DNA of 62,040 nt, filler included, from Sphacelaria rigidula (taxonomy: Eukaryota): the NCBI GenBank assembly GCA_964200075.2. It is 10 parts of 10 records of this genome, joined end to end, with 100 filler letters (N's around TTAATTAATTAA, not from the genome) between each part and the next. Parts side by side here need not be neighbours in the genome. Positions count along the whole stretch, not along the records: positions 1 to 6,114 come from CAXNAA020022128.1; positions 6,215 to 12,328 come from CAXNAA020022129.1; 8 more parts are not named here. One strand, written 5' to 3'. A program made the translations under genes and the position numbers. Within the stretch, counting starts at the first letter, position 1. The number at the start of each line of letters is the position of its first letter. Below are positions 1-11,300 of this stretch, one piece after another. The notes beneath the pieces were generated by a model. The model worked only from the letters and a program-made list of their open reading frames with translations, did not search any database and was not told where the DNA came from.

Positions 1-145
1 ATCCTGCCAAGACTGTTCGGCCAGAAGGCTACTGATCATCTTGCATTTGGATGACGGCTTACAATGAGTTACTTTATTATCTGTTATCGCCACTTCCAGA
101 GACAGCCACGGCTTATACACTGCGTCATGGGTGCTTCACCATGTA
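1..145 (+). repeat. Fragment of a dispersed repeat (longer copy at ~52245-52470)
   Basis: ACTGATCATCTTGCA...CTTCCAGAGACAG...TCATGGGTG aligns by eye with 52328-52470. Confidence 0.8.
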
Positions 146-493
146 TACGGAGCACCGGGGGGGGGGGGCTGGTCGTCAGCTGGCAGGGTCCCTTGGTATC
201 ACACCAATCATATTATGGCTCCCTCGTGGTTTCTCGTGATATCAGCGACGTTCGTTAACAGGTACCTCTCTCAAGGGATTTTCGGCTAACGTTGGGCCAT
301 GCATGCCGTTCCGAAACGATTGAGGCGAGCCCCTGCCCGGCTTTCAGAGCATTTCGAGACACCACTGCTTGAAACGATGTTCGAAAAGATCAGGGGACCG
401 CGCACATTGCCGCAGCCCCCTACAAACGCCTCGAGGCGTATCGGACATTGATGTTTCTATTTTCCTTTTTTGGCGCTCTTGCTTAACCGATAC

Positions 494-692
494 CTTTAGG
501 TGGGCCTCCTCTTTGCTGCAGAACGTGACGGATACATCGACGGCCTGCCCAGCCTCCACAACTCCTCTCACGGGTGATACTGTGAACAGCGAGGCCGCCA
601 ATCCCCGCCGCATGCGGAACGCAAACGCAATATTGTATTTGCCTCTGTTTCGCAACGTGAAGCTCTCGGTGGCCGAATCTCCGACCCTTCGT
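494..692 (-). CDS. HYDIN: HYDIN-like protein, internal exon 3 of 3
   Basis: Acceptor cattccag| in phase 2, RRVGDSATESFTLRNRGKYNIAFAF...VSVTFCSKEEAHLK, donor AAG|gtatcg. LxNRGKYxIAFxF is a HYDIN motif, and the splice gives LDFGRRRVG in frame. Confidence 0.85.
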
Positions 693-1691
693 CTGGAATG
701 CAGGCGTGAAACACACGGACGAAGGGGAAGACGACGGTTAGGGTAGTTATCAATCAACGCACTTTTTCTCTATGTGGAGGCAGTCAGACTTCCGATGACG
801 GTCTGTGCCCTAACTAAAAATATCTGGTGTGCGTCGCACACGTGTCTAAGAAACTGGTGTCAGCCAATGTAGAGAACGTGAGAATCCCGGTGACGGTAGC
901 AACCGTCCAAGGTGGCCGATGATTTTGCTCGTGTTATGTAGTCAAGGATTGACCGTAAGTCGTGGGGTTTAGGCAAGTAAATCACTCGGGAGAGCTGCAC
1001 GAGCGCGAGCGAGTTAGCCAGAAGTGATCGCCAGGGTCAGCCAACAGTTCGCTGGAAAGTTTCCTGTTACCTTGAGGTCCCAGCCGGCTGTACAGATATG
1101 GGGGTTTCGGGCCTCCCGGAAACTACCCCTGTAACAGTCGTTCACTAGGTTACACGTCACAAAAGGAAATCTCTTTGCACATGGCAAAATGGCGATCTCC
1201 ACATGTAGATTTTGTTTCGGTAAATGATTCGACTTTTTAGAGGGGGAAAAAGTGCTGCAAAGGATAGCCAACGCCAAATTGTTCGTGAAATATGTACTCA
1301 GTATTAAGTGGTTCTACTCCTTGACCTGGTTAAGAAACCTCCTGTCACATTTTTCGGGGAGGAAGCTTTCCCCCCCCCCGAAAAAGTCGGAAAAGTCTGT
1401 AAAACAAAATTGCCGTCGATAACGACCCTAAGAATGGAGGGCGGCGCGCGCGACCCTCCTTGGGTTGAAAATGTTTTTTCAAGGACATGGCGACAATGTG
1501 ATTGAAGATCTCTGTATGAAATAAGTGCGATAATATGGTGGCCCTTGTCGGAACCATTCTCCTACAGATTATTTTCAAGCCATTGGCACCTGGGACAAGG
1601 GCGCGTCAACCGTATTCACGAAAGCATTTCTGTGCATATTTCGAGTACTTTCGATCAAATGAAGAGACAACCGTTTGACCACCAACAACGC

Positions 1692-2068
1692 ACACGAGGC
1701 CATTCGGCTACCCCCATAAAAATCCTCTATCGCGACTTTCATCCTCTCGAGGGTAAAATAGCCTCTAGAGGGTATTTCATCCCCAGGTGCGGTCATAAAC
1801 GAATCCTCCGGAGGGCATCTGATGCTCCGGTGACTTCTGAGGTCTGAATCCCTCGAGAGTAACAAACAAATGGTCCTCTGGAGGGGCGTGCATCCTCCAA
1901 ATTTCTCCGGAGGGATGCGCGGCCCTCCAAAGGTAACACAAGCCTCTGGGGGCGTTTGATCCCATCCCTCTAGAAGGTCGCGCACCCTCTAGAGGCGTTG
2001 AATTGCTCTGGAGGCTCGAAAAGTTGATCGGAACAGAATATTTTTGGGGGTAGCCAAATGGCCGCGAG
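1692..2068. mobile_element. MITE-like element with TIRs and internal CCTCTAGAGG repeats
   Basis: Left GGCCATTCGGCTACCCCC and right GGGGGTAGCCAAATGGCC are inverted. Many cctct(a/c/g)gagg motifs inside. A related left end starts at 11641. Confidence 0.65.
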
Positions 2069-2153
2069 AGCATCAACAATCCGGGCCAAAGTAGCGAACC
2101 TACGCGAACGCATCTGCGAATTAAACGACCAACCAGGCTTAGGTGAGGACTGG

Positions 2154-2187
<34 letters not shown>

Positions 2188-2220
2188 AGAACATACGCTC
2201 CTTCTAGTTTTCTCACTCCA

Positions 2221-2390
2221 TTTTTTTGTCGTAACACTCTCAACTCCTCGCCTTTCTCCGGAAGATTCCGTGTTCTCAAGGAACAATAAAGCCATCTCTC
2301 TTTCAGGACATGCCTTGCATTTTGGCATCGCGGATTGGATCATGACCAACACTCCCGCTACGCGTCGACTCTTGTCGAATAAACTATCTC
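2221..2390 (-). mobile_element. Degenerate 3' part of tRNA-SINE family A
   Basis: Aligns by eye with 51258-51420 (CATTTTGG..TCGCGGATTGG.TCATGAC). Confidence 0.6.
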
Positions 2391-2397
2391 ACTGCAC

Positions 2398-2588
2398 CTG
2401 CCAAAGTCCAAGGACCCGTCGTTCTTACGAGGTGGGACCGAATTTGGTTCGTCGTCATTTGCCTCGCTTTGTTCGGTTTGCCGGTCCTTCGTGCTCGCTA
2501 CAGATTCCTTCTCGTCGGCTTCAGCTGCCTCGGCAGGCGTTTCGAAGGCCACTGCACGAATACAGTACGCCTCAGCAATGATTTTCAC
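2398..2588 (-). CDS. HYDIN: HYDIN-like protein, internal exon 2 of 3
   Basis: Acceptor ctctcttctcgatag|, VKIIAEAYCI...NDGSLDFG, donor AG|gtgcag (phase 2). The AEAY...GxLDFG motifs match HYDIN ASH/PapD-like repeats as I recall them. Confidence 0.85.
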
Positions 2589-3724
2589 CTATCGAGAAGA
2601 GAGACATTAAACAATAGGAGGGGAGGGGGGGTACCCAGTGAACAAGTCCGCGAACGTGCTCTACAGTGTTTTGGCTTCAACTTTTGCGGTCGGAAGGTCA
2701 AATATTTCCGACACATGAGACTGGAGAGGGGGGTGCAGTATGGCGGGTGGGCGATCACAGCGATAGCAGGCGAGGAAATAAAAAATAAATAAAGCGCCGA
2801 TCCGCGATCGAGAGGAAACGGGGGAGTCTTTGTCTTGTCAGTACCTTTGCATCAGTATCAGGCCACACGGATTTCAGTACTCTTCCATGTGTTCCTCGCG
2901 CAGAATTGCAAGTGAACCTTCAGCGGATACAGCAGTGAGGGGCAGTAGACGCCGTGTCTCAAGGTTATTGTGGGCGCTCTTGAGCCAGTCTCCAGTATCA
3001 GATAAAGCCACTCTCCGGATAAAATCCACCTTCTTCTGAAAGATCCCTAGACGAGCCTGGTGTAAATATATGTGTACGTATATACTTGTGTTTCCCGGCT
3101 GCACTGCATACATACCGGGGACTATTTTGCAACACGGTAGCGGGTGGACCTTCTTCAAGACTGATTCAAATTTTCCCGCGACACATCATTGCGGCCTGTA
3201 CAGCTAATGTGCAAGAGGATTACAGTTCACCTTGTGTACACCCCGAATATGTTTTTTCACAAATTGGGCACCACATATGATCCAACCGGGGGCAAATGAC
3301 AACTCCCGCTGGTTGGCACGCGTGGACCGGCCGACATAACACCCTATGGCGAAATTGATTTGGCGAGGGGGGTAATCTCCAGGGTACGATTTTTTCACTT
3401 CACGTGTCCCACGGGTACAGTGCAGTTCTTGCTTCTTCGGCTGGGGTTCCCGCAGTCGCTGTACTGCAAAAAACCAAATGCAGCCATCCCCAACATTAAT
3501 TAGTCCAAGTGAGGGACGCGTGTCACGCACGAGAATAGGCTTGATGTATGATCAACTATGCCCTACCAAGAAAAACATACTGGGCGCCTATCTTCTCCGA
3601 CATAAGCATCGCTACAGCCCGTGATACGTGGATGTTGTCAGCACGGACGGAAATAATTTCTGTTGCGTCTAGACAGCAGCAATGCCGCCGCATCCCACTT
3701 GATCTGAAGGATACATCAACAGCT

Positions 3725-3970
3725 ACTTAGGGCGAGAGGCCGCAGGGTCGAATCCCAGCATGTACCGTATCTTCGAGTGAAATCTGGTTTCCATCATTGG
3801 AAGCGTGATGGCATGATTAGCAAAAAAAAGACGACGAGAGTCAACGGGGTGCAGAAGTGCGGGGCCAATCCTCGATGAGTTCATCGGGTAGTCATCAGGG
3901 GAAAGACGCGTTGACTCCTTCAAACCACGGAGTTCTCCCCATAGAAGGAAGGGATTGAAAGTACGAGGGG
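3725..3970 (+). mobile_element. Degenerate SINE family A copy
   Basis: B-box-like GGGTCGAATCCC, body GACGAGAGT...GGTGCAGAAGTGC and tail ACCACGGA...GAAGGGATTGAAAGT are shared with 16549-16843. Confidence 0.55.
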
Positions 3971-4349
3971 AAAACAGGAAGAAAAAAACAGTGTTATATC
4001 CTTTTCCTCCACCAGTCGTGCTGGATTGATCTCTCAGATAGTCTAGACACTCTCTCACCTCCCTATTGAAACGTCATTCGACCGTTTCCCGTCGTGACCG
4101 TTTCGGCGCGGCTCTACAAGAAAGTCAATCGCATCCCGTTCACCTATGAATGGTTTCAACCTTTTCACCCCAAGATAGATACACTTGTCAACCGGTAACA
4201 ACAAGGTGAACCCTCCACGAATTGCATCGTGAGAAGGCGAAGAATGGACTTTGACAACACGCGGGGGTCTCAAGAAACCGTTCCACCCATCCCACTAGTC
4301 GATGACGCAGAACCAAATACTCATTTTGCATGTTCATTTGCAGGAGTAT

Positions 4350-4471
4350 TCCTTGTTGTATCTGTTCGATCTTTCTGTTTTCTTCATTCTGCGATTTTCC
4401 CCGTTTTGTGTCATCTCAGACACGTACATCATGTGACCATGGTTGGGTCCATGGGAGATTATTTCATGTAC

Positions 4472-4502
<31 letters not shown>
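4350..4502 (+). mobile_element. 3' end of a non-LTR retroelement with a (CAAT)n tail
   Basis: T-rich stretch, then TGTGACCA.GG.TGG.TCC, then CAATCAATC... Related ends at ~59340-59440 (+) and ~53905-54200 (-). Confidence 0.55.
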
Positions 4503-4703
4503 GGCAGCGTGAGACCTGGCAGAGTTCAATATCGACTCAAAAAATGTCCCAGATCAATATACCATGACTTCGTCGCAAAAACGATTTCGTGAGCTCCATC
4601 AGAAACTCACAAGAATTGGCTCGTATGCGTGGCACGTAGTTCTGACATGCATCGCCTCGACAGTGTATCCATGCCCATCATTTCATCGCTAAATAACGAC
4701 TAC

Positions 4704-4830
4704 CTCTTCTCGTACCACCCGGCTGCCTCCGTGCCCCTCTGCGCCGAATCCAATTTCGTTGTCTGTGTATTCCACCGCTATTGTGGGCTCGAACACACCA
4801 TCCCTAATTGCTGAAAACATCACGGTCACC
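4704..4830 (-). CDS. HYDIN: HYDIN-like axonemal central-pair protein, internal exon 1 of 3 in this contig (not in ORF track)
   Basis: Pyrimidine-rich acceptor ttcactttctgcag|, open frame VTVMFSAIRDGVFEPTIAVEYTDNEIGFGAEGHGGSRVVREE, donor GAG|gtagtc. Ends in phase 0, matching the next exon. Confidence 0.75.
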
Positions 4831-5399
4831 CTGCAGAAAGTGAAGAAGCGGAAGTTCATGGCTGGGGTCAGAATTCGTTACTATCCACTTCAGATTGTGA
4901 CAGAGATGGTTAGGTCAACGAGGGTTAGAAACTGCCTCCCGGTACAGGGCTGGACGAAACGTCGACATCCAGGGTTCGGTCAAGAGATCGCGACCGTTAC
5001 CTCGTGGACAGAATGTGACGGCGATGGTTACGAAGAACGCCAACAGTTAGTGCTGCCGTTCCAATGGAAACGCTGTGGACATGCATATAATATTTCGCCA
5101 TCAACCATCAGGAAGACGTGAGGGAGGACGTAGGAGGGGGTAAGAGTTTAAAGGAGGACTCAGAGGTGTACAGCAATGCGCCCTTGAGCATGAGTTATCC
5201 TTTGAACGTTGACGCATGGCTACACGGATGAAGTCAGCCCATCCCCACGATTAAGGTACGTTTATGCACCAAGGAACGGATGGCGAGGACGGGGTGGTGA
5301 TTTGAAGGTTTTAGGCGGTCCATATGCTGCCGTGCCCTGGTGGTCTGGCAGGTGCACCAAAGATCAGTTCGGGAGACGACCAGTTGGGCAGGCGTTCTC

Positions 5400-5710
5400 T
5401 TCTCGTCATACTTGTCAACTCCTCCTCTTCCTCGAGAGGGGTCCGTAGTCTCGAGGAATCAAGCATTCTCTCCCGCAGTACACGTCTTACATTTAGGCGT
5501 TGTAGGTTGATTGAATCCGCACTACCGCAACGCGTCGACTCTCGACTACTTTTTTGTGTGCTGCTCACGTTCCCACGTTTGCAACGAGGGAGGTCAGATA
5601 TTTTTTCAGTAAAGAAATGCAAACATGCATAAATGCCGGGATTCAAACCCTCAGTCTTCCGCGCTAACAGGCTTTCAGTGGTACCGGTTTGACCACCTGG
5701 GCGTGACGGG
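5400..5710 (-). mobile_element. SINE family A body and tail with a different tRNA-like head
   Basis: Minus-strand head has GGTGGTCAAACCGG (A-box-like) and GGGTTTGAATCCC (B-box-like). Body and tail align with 51258-51480. Confidence 0.65.
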
Positions 5711-6114
5711 CTCGAATCCCAATATATGCAATCTATACTACCAGAATCTGGTTGCCGTCCTCGAGAGCGTGGGGACGCGAGTAGCAAAGAAACTTCGACG
5801 AGATCCAAAGCGGTGCGTCAGTGGTAATAGTCATGGTCCAATCCTCGATAACAACAACCCATGTAGGTACTGAACGGGGGGAGGGGGGGGAGGGGCGTAC
5901 TCATTCGTTGCTTGCCTTTGTCGTTTGACCACTGACCACGCATCGACGGGGGCGGGGGTGTACTCATGATCATGCATGTCGTAGTCACATGACCATTGAC
6001 TTCGCATTTCTACAAAGCCGGGACCGAGCACGCTGGGGCTTTTGCCGGACCAGGCTCGCACTCAATCACCAAGCGCGAAGAGCCGTGGTGTGTTCGGCGA
6101 GTCGCATGAAGGGT

Positions 6115-6214
6115 NNNNNNNNNNNNNNNNNNNNNNNNNNNNNNNNNNNNNNNNNNNNTTAATTAATTAANNNNNNNNNNNNNNNNNNNNNNNNNNNNNN
6201 NNNNNNNNNNNNNN
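6115..6214. other. Artificial contig spacer. Identical spacers at 12329-12428, 18543-18642, 24757-24856, 30971-31070, 37185-37284, 43399-43498, 49613-49712 and 55827-55926
   Basis: 44 N + TTAATTAATTAA (stops in all six frames) + 44 N, every 6214 bp. Confidence 0.99.
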
Positions 6215-6460
6215 TTAAACGCAAAGTACCCCCCCCCCCCTGCCCAAGCTTTATATTTTTAAAACAAAACCATGAGCAAATCAAGCGCCCCCCCCCCCCC
6301 CCCCACTTTCACTCAACATTTTGATTTTCAGCCCTTTCGTGTACTCTCGCATTTCCTCCCAATCGATGCCGTGTACTCTTCAATAGATACTCCCCTTCCT
6401 CCGAGAATGTCTGAAGAAACGGACGGTCCTGTCGGGCACCGACTCTTCCGGCGCTAACAG

Positions 6461-6685
6461 CAACAACGATAGCTCTGCTGGCGGGGGGGGCGCATCTGCG
6501 AGAGCTGCCACGGGATCCAGCGGCGGAGGCGTCGGCGGAGGTTCCGGGGGGGGGAAAGGGGCCGCCGCGGCTGACGCGTCTCAAATGGCTAGCCTTTGCC
6601 TGGAGAGGATGGTTGTGGCGTTTTCGGTACCCACGATTGTGGAGACTGGGCCAGCGGCGGAGGGCGGCGCGGGGGTGCTCTCGCG
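6461..6685 (+). CDS. Isolated internal exon, Gly/Ala-rich, unknown product
   Basis: ctaacag| acceptor, 225-nt open frame NNDSSAGGGG...MASLCLERMVVAFSVPTIVETG...VLS, donor CG|gtatgt. Symmetric phase 2-2 and high GC. Confidence 0.65.
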
Positions 6686-7216
6686 GTATGTCCCAACGTG
6701 GGTTGGTGCTTTACTGGAGGGAATGTTGAGCCTTGATCGACAATCTATGGTTGACTTTTTCGAACATGACTAACCGTAACCCTTTTGGAACCCAGTGATT
6801 TTTTTTGTTTTTGCGAATCGACATCATTTCCAGTTATTTTCGAGTCGAAATGATGCCGATTTCAAGAACAAAAACGTCAGCGGGTTCAAAAAGGGTCAAC
6901 ACTCACCCCGACTCGAACCCCGACCTAAGGCGCACGAGAACCCTCGGGGAAGGGGATTGCAAAGGTTGGTTGCCCTAGGCGAAGTGTGCGTTTGCGTCGA
7001 TGTGCACAAGAACACCTCCTGAGCAAGCAAGCCAGGAGCACTGAACTAACTCCCTCTCAAGATCTGAATGTCGATATTCGCTCTAAAATTAAGTAGTCAT
7101 CCTGTCAACCACAGATTTTCGACCAAAACGTAGGCTCAGACCACCTTTTTATGGCAGTCACCGGTCTCGATTCCGTCGAGCACCGGGGGGAAAAATCGGG
7201 AAACGCATTTGAGGGA

Positions 7217-7250
7217 CCCCGATTTGGATCAAATCGGGGAACTCTACTAG
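7217..7250 (+). mobile_element. Possible Helitron 3' terminus
   Basis: Perfect 10-bp stem CCCCGATTTG-gat-CAAATCGGGG, followed 7 nt later by CTAG. The next base is C rather than the usual T. Confidence 0.4.
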
Positions 7251-7559
7251 CACAAAGTTCACTGTTCTCTCAATCCCGACTGTTGCCATAATGTATTTCC
7301 ATATCGTATCATCTTGTACTAAAGTGATGGAGTGTCCTGCACTGTATTTCCCTAGGGTACCGCCTTGTACTCGGATGATTGTTTACCGCCTGCCTGCTCA
7401 TCGGCTTCATGCACGAGCACGCAGTACCGCTTTCATGCAGATAATGACTGTCTGTGTACAGCACTGTTTCACAAATCTTTGATGAACCATGAAGCGCTCT
7501 CCCAAATTTTTATGTTCGCGAATTGGTTCCCCCGATTTTGCCCTTTAGACGAATAAATA

Positions 7560-10500
7560 TATGTTTACATGCAAGCCGCACGCGACCCGGAGCTGCGCCC
7601 CGGTCCCGCCCGTCTTCTTCGAGGGTCTCGGTACTCCTGCCTTGCCAAGCCCTCGTGAGAATAGATCCTCTGTCGATATGTTCATCTTGCATACAAAACA
7701 AATACACAAGTAAACTCCTCCAGGATTGCGGGTATGAACGACAGGCAAAAGTGGGGTATAAGACAAAAGAGCGCCCCGGTCCCACCCGTCTTGTCGGAGG
7801 GTCGCGGTATTATTGCCTTGCCAAGCTCTCGTGAGAAATGATTCTCGGTTACAATTTCATGTTGTACACGGAAGGAGTAAGACGAGAAAGGGTACTGGAT
7901 TGCGGGTCGAACGATGAGGAAATATGCATAGGAAAAAGATTGCAGCGCGGTTGAAAAGAAGGGCGACGGTCGATATGTCGTAGCATTCCCTCTGCTCGCA
8001 CCGATGTCTTCGAGGTTACTGTGTTTGTTGACAGAGAAGACGATGTTGGTTGATGAAAGCGGGAAGGGATATTATGACGATGGGAACAAGATTTGCGAGA
8101 CGATGAAGAATAGGACCGCGGGTATGAATGATGATGAGAGAAAGTGCGAAGATTGCAGTGGAACACAAAATCGACTCCCGGTGTAGAAAAACTATGTTCT
8201 TCTACGGCGCCACCTGCAGGGAAAAAAATACCCGACCCAGGACTCGAACTCGACTCCCGGTGTGAAGAAAAGAAACAGTGTTCTACTCACGCATTACGAG
8301 CGAAAAAATGTAGCCTACCCAGGGTTCGAACCCATACCGACGTCTTGCACGTCTAAAATGTCAGATTTCATCTACAAAATACGCTCACATACTCAGGACT
8401 TCCGGTGTGAAGGAGCAGTGTTCTACTCACGCACTACGAGCAACAATAAGTGGCCGACACGGGTGCGAACCCATGCCGACGTCTTCCACGTATACATTTC
8501 AACCCTTCAGCTGGAGAGTAGACACACATCTTCGAACCTGAGCGCCAACTTTCACCTTCTATAAATGCTGAAATTTAGATATGAATGAGTATAAGTTCTC
8601 GCAGATGAGCTTAGTACATGATCGCGACTATGTGCTGGCTCAGTGGACGCGCTGTCAGACTTTGGTAACATTTTCAGCTTGTTCCGTCCACGATTCAGGG
8701 CAAAATCAGAGTCTGCGTCCCTTTTGCTATTTTTGGTACGCACGGCATGTGTATGACTTGCACCGGCAATTATCTGCGTGGGAAGTTTCGAACTCCAGAA
8801 TAAGACAACACAACATGAGCATTCAGCGCCTTATTCCACTAGACTTCGTTTTACGTTCCTCCTTGTGTGCGAGAAGCTGTCGGTGCATCCACCCACTGGC
8901 AATCAGCGGCGTCAACTATTCCGTTCTCGATGTAGTTATGCATTGGCTGTACTACAGCATAGATTACTTGCGCGAAGCGATCATTTGCTTCAGATACGTT
9001 CGCGCCAGGACTCGATGACATCACGTCGGCATTCAGCGCCGAACAGCCATAGACTTCGTTTCACGCTCCGTCTCCTGTGCGAGAGATTGTCGGTGCGCCC
9101 GCCAGTAATGGGCGCCGTATACAGGTGCCCTAGACTTCGCTTTTACGTTCCATATTGTGTGCGAGAACGTGTCTGTTCGTGCGCCGTACCTCACGCCCTG
9201 GAAATAAGGCCGATCCAGTTGTTGTTAGAGGTACATATCTCAAACTTGAGCTGCTCGACATATTTGACTAAAAATCACTGTGCAATGTAACGGGGATAAT
9301 GAGCTTGAGAAACCTTTACAAACCTCGAGGAAATCTACCTAATGCCCACCCGAAACATTGCAGGGTCACCGCAATCACTCGTCCGTTCGAACGGTCGCGA
9401 ACACATGTGTACCCCCGCACAAAATGTAGCACGAATCCGCGCACAGGACCCCTAACATTGGCATTGGTTCAAACAGTCATCTCCCGAGAAGGGTGCGGAG
9501 AAACTCACGCACTAAGATAAGCATACATCTCATGCTTCACGCTCGTGAGTTCGAAATATTTAAATATATACTACAAGCCGTACGGAACCGCGGCTTCGCC
9601 CCGGTCCCGTCCGTCTTCTTCGAGGGTCTCGGTATTCTTGCGTCGCCAAGCCTGTCTCGAAATTGTCGTGTTGCATGTATAACAAAACGCACGAAAACTT
9701 CTCCAGGACTGCGGGTATGAGTGGTGAGCAAAAGTGATGATATAATCATGAGAGATAACAGTAGGCATCATCACAATCAAGCATAACAATGGTGCTGCAG
9801 TAATCGATCCAGAAATGATGATGAGAATGTTTCCCGCACGTGACCTCTGCTACTCTGCGGGTACGAACATGAAGCAAATGCTTATATCAATTACAGTTTA
9901 GCTCACTGGAGCAGTTTTTGTCATCGAGACGGCGGGGTGTAGACTCATGGGAGGCCGATTGCGCCCGGAACAATCTGAAGATGGTATGGGGATTAGATTA
10001 CGGAGCTTGATATACTGTGCTGTCATACCCGTGAGCGGCGACCGATTTTGGGCACTATATACCGGGAAAATGGACCGGCCAACTCCACAGTTGAATTCGG
10101 AAGAAATGAAATATACATGAATCAATCAGTATGAAACAGTGACGACGGCGCTCATTCAAAATGTACTTTTCCTGTAGTACATTTCTAAAAGATACCTGTG
10201 ACTGACGTCGCTGTACACCTGTGCACAGGGGTAAAACAACAGGAGGATAGAAGCTCCTGCTCGTGTTGTTGCTGTGCCCTTCTTGTTGCAGTATGTTGTG
10301 CTTATCTTTCAACGCTACTTTCTCGGCAACGACGCAGAGGATTGGACTGCGGTTTGATGCGTGCGCTTCCCCCACACCATAACTAGCGAATTTAAAAAGG
10401 TTTGCATACGCGTGCCGCGGAGGACGCAGCACTTTGCAAACCGCCGCACCAAACGCAGACTGTACTACAAAACGCGTTTCCTGCAACGTTCTGGGGCTTT

Positions 10501-11300
10501 TCGGATCCGCTGTGGCGATTTAGCAACTCCGCTTGTCAAAATCACTGTGTTTGGTGTGTGTGCGGGGGGATGTGAAGTTCCAGAGGCCGATTTATTTCCT
10601 GTCTCGAGATGGTAGCGATGATGAAAAATTTGCAGCTGTCGCATACTTTGCATAGGTAACTTGGGATGAAGCGTGTGTCATGTTCAGCAGAGGTCCGACA
10701 CAACACGGGACAGTTTCGGCACAGGCCTGACCAGTCCATGACGTCTTCATTACGTCTTCTGTAACCGTCCGCATTCGTTCTATTTTTTGTGGGCAGCGGA
10801 TTTTTGATCGGTGAGGCCTTCAATCACGAGTTTAACTGTTGTTGCACACAGTGGGGCACGGGGCGGCGGAGAAAAGTTCAACCGTGGTATGCGGTGAGCT
10901 CCGTGGGAAAAGGTTTTGCAGAGTGCGACATGAAGTACTAATACAGCTGCAGTCGGATATACCGGAATCCTCGAGTTATGAGACGGCGATGCGCACACGT
11001 GACCGCGCGCAGAAGCGGCTCCCATGCCGACCGCACGACGGTGCGATTGAGCGAGCCTTTACTCAACAACATCGCGACGACTGCTTTTAGTCATGAACGC
11101 CCGCCGGGATATTGCAGGACCAACCACCGCGATCACGCTTGTTCGAAGAATCGTGAGCACGACCGTATGAACGTTCCGCTCACCCCCACACTGAATGTAG
11201 CACGAAATACGCGGACTGGACACCTAGCATTGGCGTTCGCCCGGACAGTCATCCCCCGGGGTGGGCGCGAAGGAACTTGCACACCAAAATCAGCATAAAA
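7560..11300. repeat. Complex region of degenerate internal direct repeats, probably decayed transposon DNA
   Basis: CCCCGGTCCC.CCCGTCTT..TCG at ~7598, ~7774 and ~9598. AGACTTCG.TTT.ACG at ~8841, ~9051 and ~9132. A ~170-bp block is duplicated at ~9357-9525 and ~11111-11296. Confidence 0.7.
8170..8490 (-). repeat. Tandem array of about 3 degenerate tRNA-like (Pol III box) units
   Basis: On the minus strand: repeated GCTCGTA.TGCGTGAGTAGAACACTG...TTCACACCGG.AGTC, B-box-like GTTCGAGTCC / GGTTCGAACCC / GGTTCGCACCC, and T6-T7 runs after two units. Confidence 0.5.

Noticed and set aside
2874..3058. Extra HYDIN exon (ARLGIFQKK...)
   Set aside because: The frame ends in a stop before a convincing donor, and the flanking exons already join in phase with continuous homology.
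6159..6170. Regularly spaced TTAATTAATTAA palindrome as a biological motif
   Set aside because: It is a six-frame stop linker inside N padding.
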